64,000 nt of DNA from Treponema sp. (GTDB taxonomy: Bacteria > Spirochaetota > Spirochaetia > Treponematales > Treponemataceae), in assembly GCA_002749205.1 (NCBI GenBank), contig PDOP01000031.1, positions 35,603 to 99,602 of the forward strand, read 5' to 3'. The number at the start of each line of letters is the position of its first letter. Within the stretch, counting starts at the first letter, position 1. Shown piece by piece: positions 59,607 through 64,000 of the stretch. A model generated the notes under the pieces. The model made no database searches. It had not been told where the DNA came from and saw only the letters and a list, made by a program, of their open reading frames with translations. The position numbers and the translations under genes were made by a program.

Positions 59607-59778
59607 TTGCTGACGCCAACCCGACGGGCTCGCATAACCTTTTACTTTTTTCTTACATAAATTAAAACGGTGCTTTTCCTGCCGTCAAAGACCTTTACTG
59701 ATATTTATAATCAAGCAAAAGTGTAGACTTCGCCCGTCCAAATCACGATAACCGTACTGCATAAAACGCCGGTTTCTC
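59607..59778 (-). repeat. family A element, copy 12 (near-identical to copy 11)
   Basis: about 130 bp match to 52059-52190 with only a few substitutions. Confidence 0.9.
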
Positions 59779-59786
59779 AGCTTATA

Positions 59787-60620
59787 TCACGGAAGCAATG
59801 ACTTTGCTTCTTCCCAAAATTTTTCAGCTTTTTCAATATTTTCTGCACACATAGCGAAAGAATTTTCAAGCATTTTTTCTTCCACATATTTAAATCGTTT
59901 TTCAAACTTATGATTTGCCGCATTAAGTGCAACAACCGGATCAAGTTTTAAAAATCTTCCCAAATTAACCAAAGAAAACAAAACATCTCCAAATTCTTCT
60001 AAAACATGCTTTTCGTCACCGCAATCAACAGCTGCTTTAAACTCATTTATTTCCTCGCTAATTTTATCTTTAACCCCGTCAATATGTTGCCAATCAAAAC
60101 CTTTTTTAGAAGCCTTTTTTTGCAATTTATAAGCACGCAACAATGGTGGAAATGCTTTTGGAATTGTATCAAGAATCGATTTTACTTCTTTTTTCTCAAC
60201 ACTTTCTTTTATATGATCCCACTGAGATAAAACTTCATCTGCTGTAGTAGTTTTTGCCTCACTGTCAGGACCGGCATAACCTTCAGTTTCTCCAAATACA
60301 TGTGGATGCCTTCGTATTAACTTTTCAGTTAAAGTTGAAAACACGTCTGCAACAGTAAATTTATTCTCTTGCTCAAACATATATGCAATCATCATTGCAT
60401 TTAATATAACATCACCTAACTCTTCTTTCAAGTTACTCAAGGCGTTCTTTTCACCCTGCTCAAAAGCTTCGATAGAATCAATTACCTCGTAGGCTTCTTC
60501 AATAAGAGGTGTACGCATGGTCATTGGTGTTTGCTCAATATCCCAAGGACACCCACCCGGATTACGAAGTCTTTTTAACACTTGAAAAAATTCTAAAAAT
60601 GCACTTTTTGTATCTTTCAT
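59787..60620 (-). CDS. mazG: nucleoside triphosphate pyrophosphohydrolase MazG
   Basis: LR.PGGCPWD.EQT, EEAYEV, EELGD, KLIRRHPHVF, EFGDVLFS. Confidence 0.95.
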   Translation of the reverse strand: MKDTKSAFLEFFQVLKRLRNPGGCPWDIEQTPMTMRTPLIEEAYEVIDSIEAFEQGEKNALSNLKEELGDVILNAMMIAYMFEQENKFTVADVFSTLTEKLIRRHPHVFGETEGYAGPDSEAKTTTADEVLSQWDHIKESVEKKEVKSILDTIPKAFPPLLRAYKLQKKASKKGFDWQHIDGVKDKISEEINEFKAAVDCGDEKHVLEEFGDVLFSLVNLGRFLKLDPVVALNAANHKFEKRFKYVEEKMLENSFAMCAENIEKAEKFWEEAKSLLP

Positions 60621-60638
60621 TTTGCCTCCATTTAAATT

Positions 60639-60666
60639 AAAAAAGCGGAGTAAAACTCCGCTTTTT
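60639..60666 (-). terminator. intrinsic terminator at the end of the alpha operon
   Basis: A6-GCGGAGT-AAA-ACTCCGC-T5. Confidence 0.85.
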
Positions 60667-60705
60667 CTACATTAAAATATCTTAAAATTATTTCTACTGT
60701 TAAGT

Positions 60706-60966
60706 TTATTCCTCAACAGCAGTTTCCGCTACAGCATTATCTTCGGTAGAAGCCGGTTCTGTAGAAGTAGGTGTAGGTGCAGTAGTGGCAGCTTTAGCCT
60801 TTTCATTTTTTATAGTTGCCTTACAAATCTTACAAATATTTTGCTTAACACCGTCTATTTCCTGCTCGTACACAATCTTCACACCCGTTTTTTTACAAAC
60901 AGGACATGTGCCACGACCTCTATTATAATTTTCTCTAATCCCCTTACCTCTATGAGCCTTTGACAC
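60706..60966 (-). CDS. small basic protein with CxxC-x20-CxxC, last gene of the alpha operon
   Basis: GTG start after AGGAGG; [30 protein letters not shown]; overlaps the rplQ stop. Confidence 0.75.
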   Translation of the reverse strand: MSKAHRGKGIRENYNRGRGTCPVCKKTGVKIVYEQEIDGVKQNICKICKATIKNEKAKAATTAPTPTSTEPASTEDNAVAETAVEE

Positions 60967-61498
60967 GATTATACCTCCTGCTTGACTTTTGAGCTCCATC
61001 AGTTGAAGAACTCTTTACATTCAAATTAGCCCCTGAGTCAGCTTTATTACTTTTTCTTGTTTTTTTCGCTTTAGCAGATGAATCCGCTTTTTTCTTTTTG
61101 TCTTTATCTTTTGAAGTTTCCTTTTTTTCTTTATCCGCAAAAGAATAATCCACAAGTTCAAGAATTGCAACATTAGCCGCATCACCTTTTCTGAATCCCA
61201 ATTTAAGAATTCTTGTATATCCGCCGTCTCTGGTTTTCATTCGAGGACCAATATCAGTAAAAAGTTTATTTACAATTGAATCATCCCAAATCAATCTTGC
61301 TACTTCCCTACGATTATGCACAGAATCAATTTTAGATCTTGTAATTAACTTTTCTGCAGTACGTCGAATCTCTCTTGCTTTTTCCTTTGTTGTTGTAATC
61401 CGCTCATACTTAAAAAGAGATGTAACCATGTTTCTGTGCAAAGCCTTACGGTGTGCACTTCTTCTGGAAAGCGGATTAAAGCCATACTTATGCCTCAT
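60950..61498 (-). CDS. rplQ: 50S ribosomal protein L17 with Lys-rich C-terminal extension
   Basis: [45 protein letters not shown]. Confidence 0.97.
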   Translation of the reverse strand: MRHKYGFNPLSRRSAHRKALHRNMVTSLFKYERITTTKEKAREIRRTAEKLITRSKIDSVHNRREVARLIWDDSIVNKLFTDIGPRMKTRDGGYTRILKLGFRKGDAANVAILELVDYSFADKEKKETSKDKDKKKKADSSAKAKKTRKSNKADSGANLNVKSSSTDGAQKSSRRYNRVKGS

Positions 61499-62537
61499 CT
61501 GTTTCTTCCTTATACACTTTTGTTTTTTCACTAAAATGACTGTAATCAGTCATACCCAATCGAAGATTTCTTTCGTGCAGTTTTTCTTGTATTTCCAGCA
61601 GACTCTTTCGTCCAACATTTCGCATACCTGCAATTTCATCTTCTGTTTTTAAAACAAGCTCAGCTATAGTTTTTATGCCGGCATTATCCAAACAATTCTT
61701 TGCTCTTACAGTAAGTTCCAAATCCTTTATTGGACTTTCTAACAGTTTTTTAAGAGCTAAGTCTTCTTCATTATCCTCTTCTTCTTCCAAAAGCTCGTTT
61801 TCATTGAAGTTCACAAAAATAGTGAAATGATCTTTTGCAATTTTAGCAGCTTCTGCAAGTGCATCTTCAGGCTTTATAGACCCGTCAGTCCATATCTCCA
61901 AAATAAGTTTATCATAATCATTGCGCTGTCCAACTCGACAAGGCTCAATATTATAACTTACTTTTAAAACAGGACCATATATTGCATCAAGCGGTATTGT
62001 TCCATGAATTTCAATATATTTTTCATTAGTTTCTGCCGGAACATAACCACGGGCAAAGTCTACCTGCACTTCCATGTCAATAGAAGCATCATCCATCAAT
62101 TGCATGATAAATATATCTTCATTGAAAACTTCAAGTCGCCCGTCAACAGCGAAATCTTTACCTGTTAAGGTTGCAGGTCCTTTAAATTCAAACAAAAGGG
62201 TATCCTGCGTAGCTTCATCCGGAAGAGATAAATGCAATTGCTTCAAATTATTTAGAACTTCAATCGTATCTTCTGTTACACCCGGTATTGTCTCAAATTC
62301 ACTGGAAATAGTGTGTTGAACACCATCTTTATCATAACTGTTAATTCTGACCGCAGAAACAGCATAACCTTGAATTGAAGAGAGTAATATTCTTCGCAGA
62401 CAGTTTCCTATTGTCGTACCAAATCCAATTTCAAACGGAGATGCCGTAAACCGACCATAGGATTCTGTAGATACTTCTTGATCAAATTCCAAACCTCTAG
62501 GTTTTTTGAAGCCTTTTAAAAGATTTTTTCTGGCCAT
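61488..62537 (-). CDS. rpoA: RNA polymerase alpha subunit
   Basis: [52 protein letters not shown]. Confidence 0.98.
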   Translation of the reverse strand: MARKNLLKGFKKPRGLEFDQEVSTESYGRFTASPFEIGFGTTIGNCLRRILLSSIQGYAVSAVRINSYDKDGVQHTISSEFETIPGVTEDTIEVLNNLKQLHLSLPDEATQDTLLFEFKGPATLTGKDFAVDGRLEVFNEDIFIMQLMDDASIDMEVQVDFARGYVPAETNEKYIEIHGTIPLDAIYGPVLKVSYNIEPCRVGQRNDYDKLILEIWTDGSIKPEDALAEAAKIAKDHFTIFVNFNENELLEEEEDNEEDLALKKLLESPIKDLELTVRAKNCLDNAGIKTIAELVLKTEDEIAGMRNVGRKSLLEIQEKLHERNLRLGMTDYSHFSEKTKVYKEETDEA

Positions 62538-62549
62538 TCAAACTCCTTT

Positions 62550-62936
62550 TTATATTCTGCGTGTTTTCTTTGGTCTACAGCCATTATGTGGAATTGGAGT
62601 TACATCACTGATAGATCTTATTTTCAAGCCTTTAAGACCTATAGCCCTAATAGCAGACTCTCTACCGGCTCCTGGCCCCTTTACAAAAACACTGACTTCT
62701 CGTAAACCGTATTGCTGAGCCTTTTGCACCGCAGTTTCAACAACAGTTTGTGCCGCAAAAGGGGTTGATTTTTTTGCCCCCGAAAAGCCCAAACCTCCGG
62801 ATGATGCCCAAGAAATAGCATTACCTTTCATATCAGTTATAGTAACCAGTGTGTTGTTAAAAGTTGCTTGGATGTAAACATTACCTACATCAACACTTTT
62901 CTTTTCTTTTCTTTTATGCCTTTTATTAGTAGCCAT
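62550..62936 (-). CDS. rpsK: 30S ribosomal protein S11
   Basis: [37 protein letters not shown]. Confidence 0.98.
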   Translation of the reverse strand: MATNKRHKRKEKKSVDVGNVYIQATFNNTLVTITDMKGNAISWASSGGLGFSGAKKSTPFAAQTVVETAVQKAQQYGLREVSVFVKGPGAGRESAIRAIGLKGLKIRSISDVTPIPHNGCRPKKTRRI

Positions 62937-62951
62937 TATTTACCTCCGGAA

Positions 62952-63317
62952 TTATTTTTTCTTTCCTGCAACAGTTTTCTTCTTACCTTTTCGTGTCCTT
63001 GCATTGGTTCGCGTCCTTTGTCCACGCACAGGTAAGCCTTTTCTGTGTCTCTGTCCTCTGTAACAACCTATATCCTGCAACCTTTTTATGTTAAGAGCAA
63101 CCTCTGTTCTCAATCGTCCCTCAACTTTATAGTCTTTGTCTATAATATCCCTCAAAAGTGCAAGTTCATCATTGTCTAGATCATTCATTTTTTTTGTAGG
63201 GTCAACCTTTGTTTTTTCACAAATTGTCTCAGCAGACGATCTTGAAATACCATAAATATAGGTCAACGCAATTCTAACATGTTTATTAGGGAGATCGACT
63301 CCCGCAATACGAGCCAT
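62952..63317 (-). CDS. rpsM: 30S ribosomal protein S13
   Basis: [43 protein letters not shown]. Confidence 0.98.
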   Translation of the reverse strand: MARIAGVDLPNKHVRIALTYIYGISRSSAETICEKTKVDPTKKMNDLDNDELALLRDIIDKDYKVEGRLRTEVALNIKRLQDIGCYRGQRHRKGLPVRGQRTRTNARTRKGKKKTVAGKKK

Positions 63318-63334
63318 TATTTACTCTCCTCCAT

Positions 63335-63448
63335 TTAACCTTGTCGTTGTTTATGTTTCGGATTTGTACAGATTACTCTAACAATACCCTTTCGTTTAAT
63401 AATTTTACATTTGTCACAAATTGGTTTTACACTAGTTCTAACCTTCAT
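63335..63448 (-). CDS. rpmJ: 50S ribosomal protein L36 (absent from the ORF track)
   Basis: hand translation [37 protein letters not shown]. Confidence 0.97.
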   Translation of the reverse strand: MKVRTSVKPICDKCKIIKRKGIVRVICTNPKHKQRQG

Positions 63449-63473
63449 AGCAAACTCCTTATCTAAAAGTATA

Positions 63474-64000
63474 TTACAGGTTCCTTCCCCGCAATCTCCC
63501 CTTTTTTACTAACCCCTCATGGTGGTGCATTTTTAATTGCGACTCCACCTGAGCCATCGTATCAAGATCAACACCAACAAGAATCAATAAGGAAGTACCA
63601 CCCATCAAGTGTGCAACCTCAGGCGGAAAATTAAGTCCTAATTCTATCAATGTCGGCAATACAGCAATAACAGCCAGATAAATAGCACCGGGAAAAATTA
63701 AGCGATTCAAGATACGCTGTAAATACTCTTCAGTCCTATCGGTTCGTATCCCTGGAATAGAGCCACCGTTTTCCCTGATTTGTTTAGCAATTTCAGTTGG
63801 GTTCAAAGTTATTTGAGTATAAAAATAAGCAAACAACACAATCAATCCCACATAAATTAAAATATAAGCAAGTTTAGTTGGATCGAAAATATTTTCCCCC
63901 AGAAAACGAACCCACTTAGCACTACCAGCAAACATTCTTGTCAGCTGCATTGGAAACATCAAAAATGAAGATGCAAAAATTACAGGCATTACACCCGAAG
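63474..64000 (-). CDS. secY: preprotein translocase SecY (3' part; start lies beyond the window)
   Basis: [34 protein letters not shown]. Confidence 0.97.
   Translation of the reverse strand, partial: SGVMPVIFASSFLMFPMQLTRMFAGSAKWVRFLGENIFDPTKLAYILIYVGLIVLFAYFYTQITLNPTEIAKQIRENGGSIPGIRTDRTEEYLQRILNRLIFPGAIYLAVIAVLPTLIELGLNFPPEVAHLMGGTSLLILVGVDLDTMAQVESQLKMHHHEGLVKKGRLRGRNL

Noticed and set aside
1836-59778. Functional integron cassette array
   Set aside because: No integrase is present, orientations are mixed, and the intervening genes are core housekeeping genes. Only the sequence resemblance is kept as a hypothesis.
62537-62550. Missing rpsD between rpsK and rpoA as an anomaly
   Set aside because: This is the usual arrangement in spirochaetes; rpsD lies elsewhere.
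1-64000. tRNA/rRNA genes, prophage or autonomous IS transposase
   Set aside because: No cloverleaf/T-loop signature, rRNA-like segment, phage structural gene or DDE/Y1 transposase ORF recognised by eye.

Overview
64 kb of AT-rich chromosome from a spirochaete, most likely a Treponema-like organism. Supporting evidence: P83/100-family antigen, short single-domain FlgJ after flgF/flgG, secY-rpmJ-rpsM-rpsK-rpoA-rplQ without rpsD, and a stand-alone EF-G2-type fusA. The coding content is mostly housekeeping: flagellar rod genes, OppA lipoproteins, SbcCD, PyrD-PyrK and AroD-AroE fusions, GalE, FolC, MurD, PriA, ParAB, MazG and the alpha operon. Accessory genes are a repeat-containing protein with a candidate toxin-like C-terminus plus a downstream lipoprotein at the left edge, an ABC exporter pair, and an Rpn/PD-(D/E)XK nuclease. 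The most unusual signal is non-coding. Most of the larger intergenic gaps hold a copy of one 160-200 nt modular folded element (12 copies, both orientations). It has invariant loop motifs and clear compensatory base changes in its stems. A second family of about 40-bp palindromes (single, or as 120-bp doublets) sits inside three of these copies with 4-5 bp flanking direct repeats. There is also a spacer-less tandem array of 110-bp three-hairpin units, and at least eight genes with a leaderless promoter layout (-10 box, 6-7 nt, ATG). No tRNA, rRNA, CRISPR array, integrase or canonical transposase was recognised. All calls are by eye; no searches were run.
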